This document shows, in pieces, positions 41,601 through 55,957 of a stretch of 64,000 bases of DNA. The first letter of the stretch is position 1; the number at the start of each line of letters is the position of its first letter. Below the pieces are notes generated by a model, which worked only from the letters and a program-made list of their open reading frames with translations, was not told the origin of the DNA and did not search any database. The translations under genes and the position numbers were made by a program. Origin of the DNA: the human T2T-CHM13v2.0 reference genome, Homo sapiens; assembly GCF_009914755.1 (NCBI RefSeq), contig NC_060937.1; one strand, written 5' to 3'.

Positions 41601-43171
41601 ACCTTAATAATATCAGGTAGAGGAAAAACTCAACCAAGTTAATACAAACCCCAAAACTCATCCTTCATGGAACCACCCAAATTGGAGTCAAGTTTAATAA
41701 GAGACAGAGGGAAAACTACCAGAAATAAACATGGCAACTTTGTAAGTGAAACAAAAACTATGGTTGAGATTTTTGGAAAGTGGAAAAAAAAAACTTAGTG
41801 AGGCACCGGATCATTGTTTTACACAAAGTCAAACATTTGATATTGCACTCAAATAACAGTCCATCTGGAAGGGAAAAGAAAGAGAAGATCAATGGCAACG
41901 TGTTTGTCCTTTAAATAAAGGAGAAAGAGGGCCAATTTTAAAAGCATGCTGAAGTTTACAAATACTATCAAGACATCCATTTAAAGAGGTTAGCAGTAAA
42001 ATTTTCCTAATACAAGGATACTATTTGCACAGAAGAATATTTGCCCTTAAAGTTATAACAGTTAACTTACTACACAAAATATTCAAATTTGAGGAAATGA
42101 GAGATTTATAGGAAGAAGCACAGTTGAAGTTTATATCGATCCACAGAACAACTTGGGCAACAAATACAGGTAACACTCAAATTTGGACAGGAAAAATTTC
42201 TACTTCAAGTATCTGTTGTAGAGGGCTTACCAGCTGAGCAGATGTGCAAAAAGGTGTTTAATTCAAAGAGAAAAGTTAAAAAAAAAGGCACTATGGAGAT
42301 TCCAAGTTATAATATTCTTGCTTGTCAGAACAAAATCACTGGTACCAAGCACTGGAATTTACTGTATCGTTCTGAAATTTACCTTAGAAGCTCAAGTGTT
42401 GGTTTTAATGATTCAAGGTTAAATCTCTTATAACTCGTTTGCCCTATCTTGCTGGTTACTTTCCGTCATGAGCCAAAGAAAGTAACTGAAGATGAATGAA
42501 GCACCAGAGGAAATTGAAAGGGTCTCAAAAGTTCAAAGAAGAGCTGACGTAATTCTCCTCCTTTCCAATTGTCATAATGCCAAGTTCAGGTTAAGGGTGA
42601 AAAGAAGGGCAGAATAACACAAAAACTTGGTTTTAATTTACCTTGTCAGAAATACAAATAACTTATTAATAAGGTAATAGTGGGGCATAGGTGAGGAGAG
42701 AACCATGCCATTTAGGTGTTGGTAAGAAGAAATAAGAAAATACAGTATTTCCTAATAATTCATTATACTGGGGTAAAATTTTAATTAAGCAGAATTATTA
42801 GAAACTTTTACTGGATTTACATTTTTATTAACTGTGGCTTAGGTAATGTGTATGAATATTTTGCATATATCGGCATAGGTTTTTTTTGGTAGAATTTCAA
42901 TGTTACTGTATGGGGATTTTCATTAGTAAAATCTTTTAGCATTTCAATTTATAGTTGAAAACACAGGAATATTTAAAGGAATTGTTGACTTTTAAAAGTG
43001 ATACTTTGATAAAATGGAATTCTATACTCTAGAAAAATTGTGTGAAATAAAGACAAGGTGAACATATCTGACTGAGAGATTTAAACAAGTGAAGTGGAAT
43101 CTAATGACTTTTGGCATAATGTTGAGAAAATTTGTGATATTACTTTCAAAAGCTCCACCTTATTTCATTCG

Positions 43172-44895
43172 CATTTTATTTTTAACTTTTAGGTTCATGG
43201 ATACAAATCAGGTTTGTTACGTAGATAAACTTGTATTATGGGGGTTTGTTGCACATATTATTTGACCATCTAGGTATTAAGCCTAGTAACCGTTAGTTAT
43301 TTTTTCTGATCTTCTCCCTCCCCTCACTCTCCACCCTCTGAAAGGCCCCAGTGTGTGTTGTTCCCCTCTGTTTATTTGTTCTCCTCATTTAGCTCCCACT
43401 TGTAAATGAGAACATGTGGCATTTAATTTTCTGTTCCTGTGTTAGTTTGCTAAAGATAATGGCCTCCAGCTCCATCCATGTCCCTGAAAAGACATGACCT
43501 CATTCTTTTTCATGGCAGCATCCTATTCTGTGGTGCATATATACTACATTTTGTTTATTCAGACTATCATTGATGGGCATTTAGGTTGATTCCATGTATT
43601 GGCTATTGTGAATAGTGCTTCAATGAACATACACATGCGTGTGTTTTTATAATAGAATGATTTATATTCCTTTGGGTATATACTCAGCAATAGAATTGCT
43701 GGGTTGTATGGTATTTCTGTCTTTAGGTCTTTGAGGAATTGACACACTGACTTCCACAATGGTTGAACTAATTTACACTCCCACCAACAGTGTATATATG
43801 TTCCTTTTTCTCCACAACCTTGCCAGTATTTGTTATTTTTTTACTTTTTATCAATAGCCATTATGACTAGTGTGAGATGGTATCTCATTGTGGTGTTGAT
43901 TTGTGTTTCTCTAATGACCAGTGATATTAAGCTGTTTTTTCGTATGATTGTTGGCAGCATGTATGTCTTCTTTTGAGAAGTGCCTGTTCATGTGCTTTGC
44001 CCACTTTTTAATAGGGTTTTTATTTTTTTTTTTGGTTTTTGTTTTTAAATTTATTTATTTATTATTATTATACTTTAAGTTTTAGGGTATACGTGCACAA
44101 TGTGCAGGTTAGTTACATATGTATACATGTGCCATGCTGGTGCGCTGCACCCACCAATTCGTCATCTAGCATTAGGTATATCTCCCAATGCTATCCCTCC
44201 CCCCTCCCCCCAACCCACAACAGTCCCCAGAGTGTGATGTTCCTCTTCCTGTGTCCATGTGTTCTCATTGTTCAATTCCCACCTATGAGTGAGAATATGA
44301 GGTGTTTGGTTTTTTATTCTTGCGATAGTTTACTGAGAATGATGATTTCCAATTTCATCCATGTCCCTACAAAGGACATGAACTCATCATTTTTTATGGC
44401 TGCATAGTATTCCATGGTGTATATGTGCCACATTTTCTTAATCCAGTCTATCATTGTTGGACATTTGGGTTACTTCCAAGTCTTTGCTATTGTGAATAAT
44501 GCCACAATAAACATAAGTGTGCCTGTGTCTTTATAGCAGCATGATTTATAGTCCTTTGGGTATATACCCAGTAATGGGATGGCTGGGTCAAATAGTTTTC
44601 TTGTAGATTTGTTTAAGTTCCTTACAGATGTTGGATATTAGACCTTTGTCAGATGCATAGATTGTAAAAAATGTTCACACATTCTGTAGGTTGTCTGCTT
44701 ATTCTGTCGATAGTTTCTTTTGCTGTGCAGCTTTTTAGTTTAATTTGATTCCATTTGTCAATTTTTACTTTTGTTGCAAATTGCTTTTGGCATCTTGGTC
44801 ATAAAACCTTTGCCTATACCCATGTCCTGAATGGTATTGCCTAGGTTGGTGTCTAGGGTGTTTTGTAATTTGGGGTTTTACATTTAAGTCTTTAT
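43172..44895 (-). mobile_element. 5'-truncated older L1PA (about L1PA13-16), interrupted by a younger L1
   Basis: 3'UTR and ORF2 tail at 43172-44016, resuming collinearly at ~44594 (ttcttgtagatttgtttaagttcc). Confidence 0.88.
44017..44593 (-). mobile_element. Nested young 5'-truncated L1 (L1PA2/3-like)
   Basis: Has its own T-rich tail and 3' end (tattattatactttaagttttagggta) and is close to the young L1 consensus. Confidence 0.9.
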
Positions 44896-45849
44896 TAAAC
44901 ACTCTCATGTCTTAATCTTCTCATTATCATAAATAATAAACATTCTACCTGCATAAAGTCCAGACTTTGCTCAAATACACCCTTTAGTCTTCACAGTTCC
45001 TGAAGCCCCTTTCAGTCTTACTCCCCAACAAATCCCCTATCAAGTAGCTTTATTTTATCCAACATACCAATATTTGGTGATTTCTTCAGGCCAGGCAATA
45101 TCCCAGAGACTGAATAATTTGCTGGAGAAACTTGTGAAGCACAGAGGTAGATTCCCATGAAATAAAGGCTTGCTAATTGAAACTGGTGAATTATTATTTC
45201 ACCAACAAAATAAAACTGATAACTTACTGTGAGATGGATGGTAGGATTAAACTCTGTTTTAAAAAGTAAATTAGATGCAGACAAGTTTGGAAGTAAAGAA
45301 TGTCATAGGAATGAATGGGTCCTATTTGAAGACTCGACGGACTCTTTTTCATTTCTCGTCTTCCTCCCCTACTCTGCAGGATTCTATTTATGTGCTCAGC
45401 CCTTCTGTGACATACTCTTTCCCCTTGGTTTCCATGAAGGAACACTCTTCAAGTTCTGCTTTGACAAACTGCATTAAAAAAAAATTTTTACCTTTTATTT
45501 CCTAACTCCTTAAACACATGCATTTCCCCAAGTCTTCTCCTTGCCCATAATCTCATTCAATATGAAGAATATAGCTAAAACTCTATCAACTCAATTTACT
45601 ACAATCTTAAATTAAGTACCTAAGTTTCCCAGGCAACCCATCTCTTTTTATTTTCATCCTCTTATCTATCCAAATTCAACTTGAAAGCCTTATAATGTCT
45701 TATTCTGTTTGGCTCTCCAACATGATTTAGTGGAGTTTAGCATCAGAATTAGTCAAGTCTGCAAAAAGTTTCTTAAATATTTCTCCTTATCTTAAAAATC
45801 CAATGCTGCACATAGTCTTGTTTGGCCTATATTATTTAGTAATATTTTA

Positions 45850-46236
45850 GGGCATGTCACCCAGCATCAGTTTCTCTCAATAACCACCCGATCCTTTGCG
45901 TTTCATTTTACTTGTGGTTTTAAAACACTTTTCCTAAAGTTTGAGTCAGATACTGTCATTTCACTGCCCCTCAACTAATGCAGAATAGACTGTATAAAGA
46001 GATTGGTAAAGGCCAATCTCTTTGGCCCAGCATGTAAGACCCTCCATTGCTCTGCTAAAGTTCATGGCATGATATTTTATATCATAGTATTTGTGCACAT
46101 GTCTTTCATATCCCCAAACTGTACTAGTTTCCTGGAAGACATGTTCCATATTTAATTCATCCTTGTTTTTTCCGAGTAACATAATGCCTGCTTTGGGTTG
46201 TTACCTAAGGTGCTTGTATATGTTTGTTGAATAAAC
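45850..46236 (+). mobile_element. L2 3' remnant
   Basis: Ends in tgtttgttgaataaa; degraded L2 3'-end wording. Confidence 0.5.
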
Positions 46237-47907
46237 AATTGTGTTTGAAAGTCTGAGCCAAAAGACCCCCCCACCCAATCTTCCCTTTCTTCTCCCCTTC
46301 TTCATGTCAGTAAAAGAGTACATATCTTAAAGTAGTTCCTTTCTTTTTTTAAAGGGTAAATTTAGTGATTGTCTTTAATTAAATATATTTCTTCTGGGGG
46401 GAGGTGAATGGCAGTTCTTTTGTGAGATAGAAAGGTCTTTCTAGCCTTCTAAATTAGAATTTGGAATTAATTTTCAAGTTAGGAAAAATGTATATGTTGG
46501 TTAGGTGTAGTTAAAGTAAGGCAATTAACACAATATTTCAGAGGTGGGGAAAGAAAACATTGAGGACTATTTTGAGAACCAAACTACAATTACTGCAATC
46601 TCTATAGAGAAATGTTCCCCAAACTTCAAAAAATGATTAATGGTAAGCTTTTTAATACAACATATACATAACTTGGATTGCTAATATGCAGCTGAAATAG
46701 ATATAAGGAGATTTATTTTATTACAGTGGATATTTGGTTTATAAACAAAAATATTAAAAACCTGCCTTTGGAGAAAAAAGTTGCTTAAAATGCTAAATAT
46801 TTTATGAATTCAAAACCATTTCTGTCAAATTTTCCAATATGAGTTATATTAAGTCCAATATCCTTACCTCACTTTCAATTTTCTAAGGTTATTATATCTA
46901 GCTTAAATATAATATTTTGAATTTCTATGACTTAGCCCATATTTAGAAATAGCTCTTTGCCTACAAAAATAGACTAAAAAGGTAATTGTACCCTTTAAAC
47001 TTTAAAACAACTTTATCCTGGCTTTTGTTTAAAATTGTGGAAAAAGTCAGAATTAGTTCTTTTTTGGTACAAAGCTCACATCTCTTACCCATTTGCTAGT
47101 TTTAATTTTGTTTTGTTTTGTTTTGTTTTCTTTGAGAATATCAGAAATACTTGGCATCAGTTTTGTGAATAACTTTCCAGATGTTGCACCACTGGTTATC
47201 GGTATAAATGTGCTTGCAGTATTTAATTGGTGCTGTTAATTCAACTCAGGATCCTGTTTATTTTCCTAATTGCTGCCAGACATTGAACGGGTGGTTAATA
47301 TATTAGAAATCTCCTGTTTTCCTGAACCTTTGCCTTACCCACTGGCAATTTTGTTAGGGAGAAAAATGTGCTTTTCATTTACTTTTCCTACCTTGAAAGC
47401 ACTTGCATAAGCTCTGGCAATATCTTATTCTGAAGACAGTACTTGAAAAATGTTTTCCACTTGCATCTTTCTGCATGACAGTACCACCTCATTTCATTTA
47501 TTGTAAATATGTGACAAACTATTATTATATGCATATTATATAATAGTATTATTCTCATGACAAAAAAGGCACTTTTAATAATTTAACATTGTCAGATACT
47601 GACTATGAGCTATGCTCAACAATAACAAAGATTTGGAAAATAAGGGTCCTGTAAGTGGTAGCACACGAAATATGTGAAGTGATCAATAAAAACACAATAA
47701 GATAGGTACTGTAGTAGACATGGCCACAGGACGCTATAGAGCACAAAAGAGATGAGGCAGAGTGGCTATCAGAACCTTCCATCTTGTAAAATTTAACGAG
47801 ATTTTTGTTTCATGTTTCACCATATAAATAACTGAGAAATGATGTAAGAAGGGATCATTTTGATATCTTATTTTGAGCACACTACTTATTTCTGTTTACT
47901 TCAATGT

Positions 47908-48150
47908 TTTCTTTTTTTTTCTTTTCTCTTTCTTTCTTTTTTTTTCAAGACAGGGTCTTACTCTGTTGTCCAGGCTGGAGTGTGGTGGCTCCATCATGAT
48001 CACATCATCATTGTGATCTCAAGCTCCTGGGCTTAAGTGATACTTATGTGTCAGCCTCCTATGTAAGTAGGATTATAAGCATGCATCACCATGTCCAGCT
48101 AATTCTATTTATTTTTTAATTTCTGTAGAGACCAGGTCTCGCTATGTTGC
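47908..48150 (-). mobile_element. Diverged partial Alu (AluJ-like)
   Basis: T tail followed by agacagggtcttactctgttgtccaggctggagtg...gtagagaccaggtctcgctatgttgc. Confidence 0.85.
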
Positions 48151-48523
48151 AACATAAAATATTTTCTAAAGTAAAATGATTACTAAAATAAAGCGTTTTC
48201 TAATTTTGAAGTAGAACCTCCAAATTTTTTTTATTTTCTTTCTTCTCCCTTCCACTCTTTAGCCTCTGCCAGGTAAATATTTTCCTCAGATACTAAAAAA
48301 TGATAGACCAAAAATGCTTTATTTCATATACTGTATTTAATATCTTTTATTTTGGTCCTTTTTCATTCAGGAAAATGGGTAAAACTGTAATTACGTACTT
48401 GGCTGTACACTTTGTGCATGCCCAAGCTGTAAAAATGGGTTCAGTGCTTCCTCAAGACTTTAGAAAAACTTGCCTTTTATTAGAAAAATTTTAATAAATT
48501 ATTAACCAACTTATCACATTTGC

Positions 48524-48812
48524 TTTTTTTTTGAGACAGAATCTTGCTCTGTCACTGGACTGGAGTGCAGCAGCCATGATCTTGGCTCACTGCAACCTTC
48601 GCCTCCTGGGTTCAAGTGATTATCCTGCCTCAGCCTCCTGAGTAGCTGGGACTACAGGTGTGTGCCACCACGCCTGGCTAATTTTTGTATTTTTAGTAGA
48701 GACGGGGTTTCACCATGTTGGCCAGGATGGTCTCAATCTCTTGACCTCGTGATCCGTCTGCCTCGGCCTTCCAAAGTGCTGGGATTACAGGTGTGAGCCA
48801 CTGCACCCCGCC
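48524..48812 (-). mobile_element. Alu (AluSc-like)
   Basis: ggccaggatggtctcaatctcttgacctcgtgatcc. cacatttg is repeated on both flanks (TSD). Confidence 0.92.
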
Positions 48813-49212
48813 CACATTTGATTTCTTAATAATTTATTGTAATTATTTTCACTGGCTCTTTCTGACTTTCTGTGATCTAATATATTCTCCATTCTTTTAT
48901 TGTAAGTAAAATGTTTTTGCCACCCCCTGATCTCACACCTAATTCTTCACCCAGTTCCCCTTCTTTCCAGGACAGTGATACTGTTGCACCCCTCCCACAT
49001 TACCATTTACCATTTCTTATTGCAACCTGAAAGACAGTCTCCATTTACTATTGCTAGAAATCTCCCAAACCTATCTTTTCCCTGATCATTTAATTCTATG
49101 ATCTAAGTCCTGTCATCTTTCTGGAATTTTCACTTTTTATTTGTAAGAATGGGGTTGGAACTGTTTGACTCCTGGAGTTCATTCTGTGTCTAAATTAATC
49201 TTTGGGAAAAAA

Positions 49213-51530
49213 AGTTCAGCAAGATGGCAGAAAAGGACTTCTGGTACACATCTGCCCACAGAAACATCAATTTAAACAAGTATCCATGCAAGAAAATACC
49301 TTCACAAGAGCCAGGGAGACAAGGTGAGAGATTACAGCAACTGGGTGTAGAATAAAAATCAGAAAAGACACATTGAAGAGGGTATGAAGGACAGTTTTAC
49401 ATTATCCATGTCTCTCCTCTCCCAAACCCTGGCACAACATTGTGGAGAGACATACCTTCCTATTTAGAGAAAGAAGTGAACAGTGGGCTACCTATATTTT
49501 AATACTGAACTATTCCAATAAAACCCAGCAGTAGGCAGGCCCTCAGAACCCCAGACTCCAGGCTGATATCAGTGAACTGAGCCTTCAGGTCAGCCCTGGC
49601 ACCAGGCCCAGCCCGTCTCTAGGTCTGCCTAGCAGACATGATGAAAACTTGAAGAGTTTTTCTTGATATTCTGGTACAGGACAAAGATACCCACTCTCAC
49701 CACTGCTATTTAACATGTACTGGAAGTCCTAGCTGGAGCTGTTAGGCAAGAGGAAGACATTAAATGCATCCAAACTGGAAAGAAAGAAGTTAAATAGTCC
49801 CTGTTGGCAAAAAACATGATTTTATATATAGAAAAGCCTAAAGACTCCATGAAAAAACAAACAAACTAGTAGAACAAATAAATGAATTCAGCAAAGTTGC
49901 AGGACACAAAATAAACATACAAAAATCAGTAGCATATCTATAAACTAATTATGAACTATCCAGAAAAGAAAACAATCCCATTTCCTATAGCTAAAATAAA
50001 ATAAAATAAAATGCTTAGGAATAAATTTAATTAAGAAAGTGAAAGACTTATACAATGAAAACTATAAAACATTGATACAATAAATTGAAGAAGACACAAA
50101 TAAATGGAAATAAATTCATGCTCATGGATTTGAAGAATTAATATTAAAATGTCCACATTGGCCAAAACAATCTACAGATTCAACACAAGTCTAATCAAAA
50201 TTCAAATGACCTTTTTCATTGAAACAGAAATAGCAATTCTAAAATTTGTAAGGAAGCAAAAAACACCCTTGAATAGCCAAAGCAATCTTTATGAACAATA
50301 GCAAAGCTTCACATTGTCTGACTTTAAAATATACTACAAAGCTATAGTAATAAAAACAATATGGTGCTGACATAAACACAGATACATAGACCAATAGAAC
50401 AGATTAGAGAGCGCAAAAATAAATCCATGCATTTGCAGTGAATTGATTTTTGGCCAAGATGCCAAGAACACACAATAAGGAAAGGACAATCTCTTCAATA
50501 AATATTTTTGAAACAGTTGGATAGCCACATGCAGAAAAATGAAATTAGATCCTAATTTCACACCACACACAAAACTAAACTCAAGATGGATTAAAGACTT
50601 AAAACCACAAACTGTAAAACTACTAGAAGAAAAACTAAGGAAAAAACTTCATGATATTGATATAGACAATGATTTTTTGGATAAGACCCCAAAAGTACAA
50701 GCAACAAAAGCAAAAGTAAACAAAAATGAGATTGCATCAAACTTAAAAGCTCTGTGCAACATATATCAAAAGAAATTGAAATTCATATGTCAAAGAGGTA
50801 TCTGCGCTCCCATGTTCACAGCAACATTATTCACAATAACTGAGATATAAAATCAATCTAAAGGTCCATCAACAGATGCATAAGTAAAGAAAGTGTGATA
50901 TATATAAACAGTGGAATACTATTCACCCTTTAAAAGGGAGGAGAGGAAATCCTGTCCTTTGTGTCAACATGGATACACCTGGAGGACATTATGTTAAGTG
51001 AAATAAGCCTGGCATAGAAAGGTATATACCATGTGATTTCACTTTCATGTGGAATCTAAAAAAGTTGAACTCATAGAAGTAGAGAGTAGAATAATGGTTA
51101 CCAGGGCTGGGGGTGGGGTGTTTGGAGTGATGTCGGTAAAATGATAGGAGCTTTTAGTAACACAAGAGGAGTAAGTTTAAGAGATCTATTGTACACATGG
51201 TGACTACAATTAATAACAATGTATTGTATCCTTGAAAATTGCTGAAAGAGTACGTTTGAAGTGTTCTCAACACAAAATATAATAAGTATGTGATCTAATG
51301 TACGTTAAGTAGCTCAATTTAGCCATTCCACAATATTTAAGGTTTGAAAAATGAGAAAATGTCTTAATAGAAATAGAGATGTTTAAAAGAAAAAGTGGAG
51401 GAAAGCAAAAACCAGACTTAAACTTTCTATCACTAGGGAGGGAGCATCCTATGTGTGTGGAAATACACATATTTCAAAACATCATGTTGTATACAAATAT
51501 AGTCTTTTATCAATTTAAATAATAAATTAA
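49213..51530 (+). mobile_element. Old L1 (L1MA-like): 5'UTR fragment joined to ORF2 3' half and 3'UTR
   Basis: caagatggcaga 5' end, ORF2 peptide [21 protein letters not shown], and an L1MA-type 3'UTR (aaagttgaactcatagaagtagagagtagaa). Confidence 0.85.
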
Positions 51531-52984
51531 AGATTATTCTTTATGCTATGTTACCTTTCATTTCCTACTGTCCATAAAGTCATTCTATGGAGCTAATATA
51601 ATTGATACTTACTTCTGTTAGAAATGCTGTCATTTTCAGTAATCTCAATAGTTGAATATAATATTGCCTAATTTAATGAGTGGTTTATTAATATACTAAT
51701 AATTTATAATTAACATTCTTTTAAATATTTTTTTATTATTTCTTAGTAAATATCAATCCTTTCACATAAAATATTTCTACTTGATGAAAATAAATAATTT
51801 TATCTATTTTTCTTAGGTTATCCTCCCTTCTGTCTTATTTCTAAACTTTTAGTAGAATCCTACCCTTATTTCAGAAAATAATTTGTTATAGGCCTTCTGT
51901 TTTTATTCATTGTGCTAATTAGATTTTCAGAGCCCTGTATTTTTGTATTATGATTTAATAAAAATATACAATCTTTCTCTTAAACACACACATATTATAC
52001 AAGTCTTACAGAGGCATATTCACGTTGTGCTTTTAGTTTTGCAACAGTAATAATCTTTAATATAAAATAAATCACTTCCTTTCCCCTGCATATGTCAGTG
52101 CTTACCACTTGTGTCATTTTCTTCACACCCTTTCACTGTAGAAACAGATGTTATGTGCCAACTGGAAGAAATAGTGCTAGCAGGCATATGTAGACCACCT
52201 GGCTACCTGGACAGAGTTTTGCATTCCCATGGCTGGATTTTTTTCCCTTTTGTGATTCACTTAGCCTTGCTTCGTGTTCAGCCCTTTAATAATTCCCAAC
52301 AGCCAAAATCAATTGACTTCATGCAGAGGAATTACAGAGAGAATGGGATGGATTATATCACAGGACAATGAGCCATGCTGATCCTTCCCATTGAACATTT
52401 AGCCTGAAGGATGTTAAATACCTTTTATGTCAGCAAAGTTCCTTCAGATTGAATATCTATTTATAGATTCAATTGTAAAATTTTCCAGAGGAATAGCTAT
52501 CTCTGATAATGTCTTGTGAAAGTTGTTTTTAATGTATATATGCCCAACCTCCTCAATAATAGAATCTATTTGTGTTTTGTATACACAATATGAGCCTCAT
52601 CCAGAACTCCCTCCCTAGTGATAGAAAGTTTAAGTCTGGTTTTCTCTTTCCTCCACTCTTTCTTTTAAACATCTCTATTTCTACTAAGACATCTCATTTT
52701 TCAAAGCTCAAATTCTTAGTGATATTTCAGTTATTTCTCCTATGTTCTCCATATCCAATTAGTCACCAAATTTTTAAAAATTGTTTTCATATTATTTCTT
52801 AACATGTATTGTTGGTTTTTTTCCTGGCATAGACCTGTAGTTCTCTAATTAGTAGTCTTCTGTCCAGTTTTGTGCCTGTTCAGATATAGACTACACATTG
52901 ATGCCATGATCACAAAGTTCAGCTCTGATATTTTATTGTTTGAGATGGAGATGTACATTGTTTGAGATGTATGGTAATGCAGTT

Positions 52985-53200
52985 AAGAGGCTCCACGGTG
53001 TTTGAATTCTGACTCCATTATGTGTACCTTTAGGGGAGTTACTTAAACTCTCTGTACTTCTGCATTCCAAGTATAATACAGGAATAATAATAGTGTCTCT
53101 CATAGAGTTTTTTAGGGTTAAACAGGTTGACATATTTTGAGTTTTTAGAATAGTGCCTAGCACATACTAAGCCCTAGGTAAGTCTTATCTAGTATTATTT
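52985..53200 (+). mobile_element. MIR SINE remnant
   Basis: agttacttaaactctctgtacttctg...tagaatagtgcctagcacata. Confidence 0.7.
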
Positions 53201-55553
53201 AAATGCTATAAATAAAGTCTCATTGGCTCCAGCACATCTTCATGGTATAGCCAATATTCTTTGAGATTTGTGCAGATATTTTACTCCAACACATAGCATT
53301 GAGTGTCTGGATTAGAGGAGACACTGACTAAAAATGAATTGAGTTTTAGGATACCAAGTGGCCATTTATACAATTGATAGAAAAATATAATGCCAAAAAA
53401 TACTTCTTTGGACTCTAGACAAAAATGTTTCTTGCTAGAATGTGGAAACTGCTCATTGTATTTATAGTGGTTTTTCACTATTGATTTTGGTAAAATAAGG
53501 CAGCGCTGATCACAGTTTTATTGAATCATATTTAATATGTTTACATAACAGTGTATTTCAAGTGTGTATGTATTTGCCTCTCCTACTACATTGTGGAATC
53601 TTAAAGATCCTGGCCATATAGTGGTCCAGGCCATTTAATAATAGATCCTGGCCATATAATGAAAGAATGTATGGTTAAAAATCATAACAACAAGAGTACG
53701 CTTAAGTAAATATGCAATTCAATGGTTATGAAAATGTTAACCAAATTTTCATTCTTTTTTTCTTTTAGTTAGAAGAAAATTTAAAGCATAATGCATAATG
53801 TACAGTATAGAGTACCCATATTGATAATGCCTCTATCAAACATTTGAGGAAGTAGTCATTTCTGTCTTACCTTGCTAATTAGCTTTTACTTACTCTTTTA
53901 TAAAGCATCTTGATGTACACTTATTCTCAAGGTGCAATGGAACTGATAGTGAAGGGTACTGAACTGAGGCTTTTTTTTTTCTTAGTGGGGATTAAAGCAA
54001 GATTTGGGAGCAAGGATAGCATAATGACTATAATTTAAGCTACTGCATTGGTCCTTATGAAGTGTCTGTACATTTAACACTCCATATGGTAATTACAACT
54101 TCCCTAGAATGAGTCAGGGTTGTTTATGCTTTCATAAATCAGGCAGCTGCAGCAGAGCAGACAGATTCCATATTAGCACTTCCTCCTAAGACCACGAATA
54201 TGCTTAAAAGATTTTAGCAAATTTCTCTTGAATTGAAGTTGTTTGTTAAAAGTGATAGTTTTATGAGACTGCCACATGGAAAATGTCCTCCACTCTCAGA
54301 TTTTCCATTTGTGATATAAATCTACCTTTAGTACCATTTTTAGAGGCATTAAAACTGATATAATAACCCCCAGCTGAGTTTGATAAAAGGAAAGCTTAAT
54401 TTATAGGTAAGGTATGGTTATATGAAATGACAGCTAGGTAGGTTATGAGTAAGAGCTGAAAAAAATACACATTAATTAGTTGATAATTTATTTCCTGCAC
54501 TCAATCTTCTGACTTTACCATGTGGAGAAAATTCTCATTGTAACAAATGCTAGCTTTCCAAATATTTTCTTTAATATAATGTTTTCAAATTACGTACAAA
54601 TACATGGAACATTATCTGTGTTTGAACTATATTTTATTAAAAATAATACATCTTGAGGTGAGTGTTTATAATAATTGAAGCAAAGAGTATATAAATATAC
54701 ATATATGTATTATCATTGTGTGACATTTAATCATGTCACCTTTGGGAATTATTTTACATCTCAAGACTTAGTAACATAAGCCATAAGAAGAGAGTTTCCA
54801 ACTATATTATATTTTTTTAGGTAAAAAAACTTAAAAAGTTGGCAAGAGAGGTAACAGTGTATATCAGAAAACAAAGATCCCCACTGAAAGAAAAAAAAAA
54901 TATGGTTAAAAGTTAAAACACTTAGAGTATACTTAAATGAATAAGCAATTAAGTGATTTTGAAAATGTTAACCAAGTTATTTTCTTTCTTTTTTAACCTA
55001 GAAAAGAATCTGAAACATCAACCATTTGATTTCCCTTCATTTTATATGTGAAAAACTGAAAAGCATAGAGGTTAGGTGAATTTTCTGAGGTCATTTATTG
55101 ACAAATGTTAAAGCTAGACTTTGAAAGCAGCTCTCCTGACTTCAAGGTGATCGCTCTTTCCATTACTTCATTTCAAGACGTTGGGTCTGTATTATAGTAG
55201 ATTTGAGATAGGATAAATGACTTCTCTGAGAAATTAGTGAAGTAGTGGTCAAAAAAAAATAAATAATGTGTGCAAAATGTCAAACTGAGTAATACACATT
55301 ATTACTTTCTTTCCCAGAAAAATAATATTCTGTTTCTAACATATATTAACTAGCTTTTAATTTGGACCATTCTTATAAGCTTTATTTTCAAGTACCATTA
55401 AAATTATCCAAATGTTTCTACCAAGTGCTGTAGTTAAGTATGATACATTCTGATTGAGTCAGGCACAACATGTGCCATTCTTAGGATGCATATCCTCCTC
55501 TGTATTGTCCTGGTCTTACTGAATGTTGATTAAAACTCTAAATGGAATGATTA

Positions 55554-55957
<404 letters not shown>

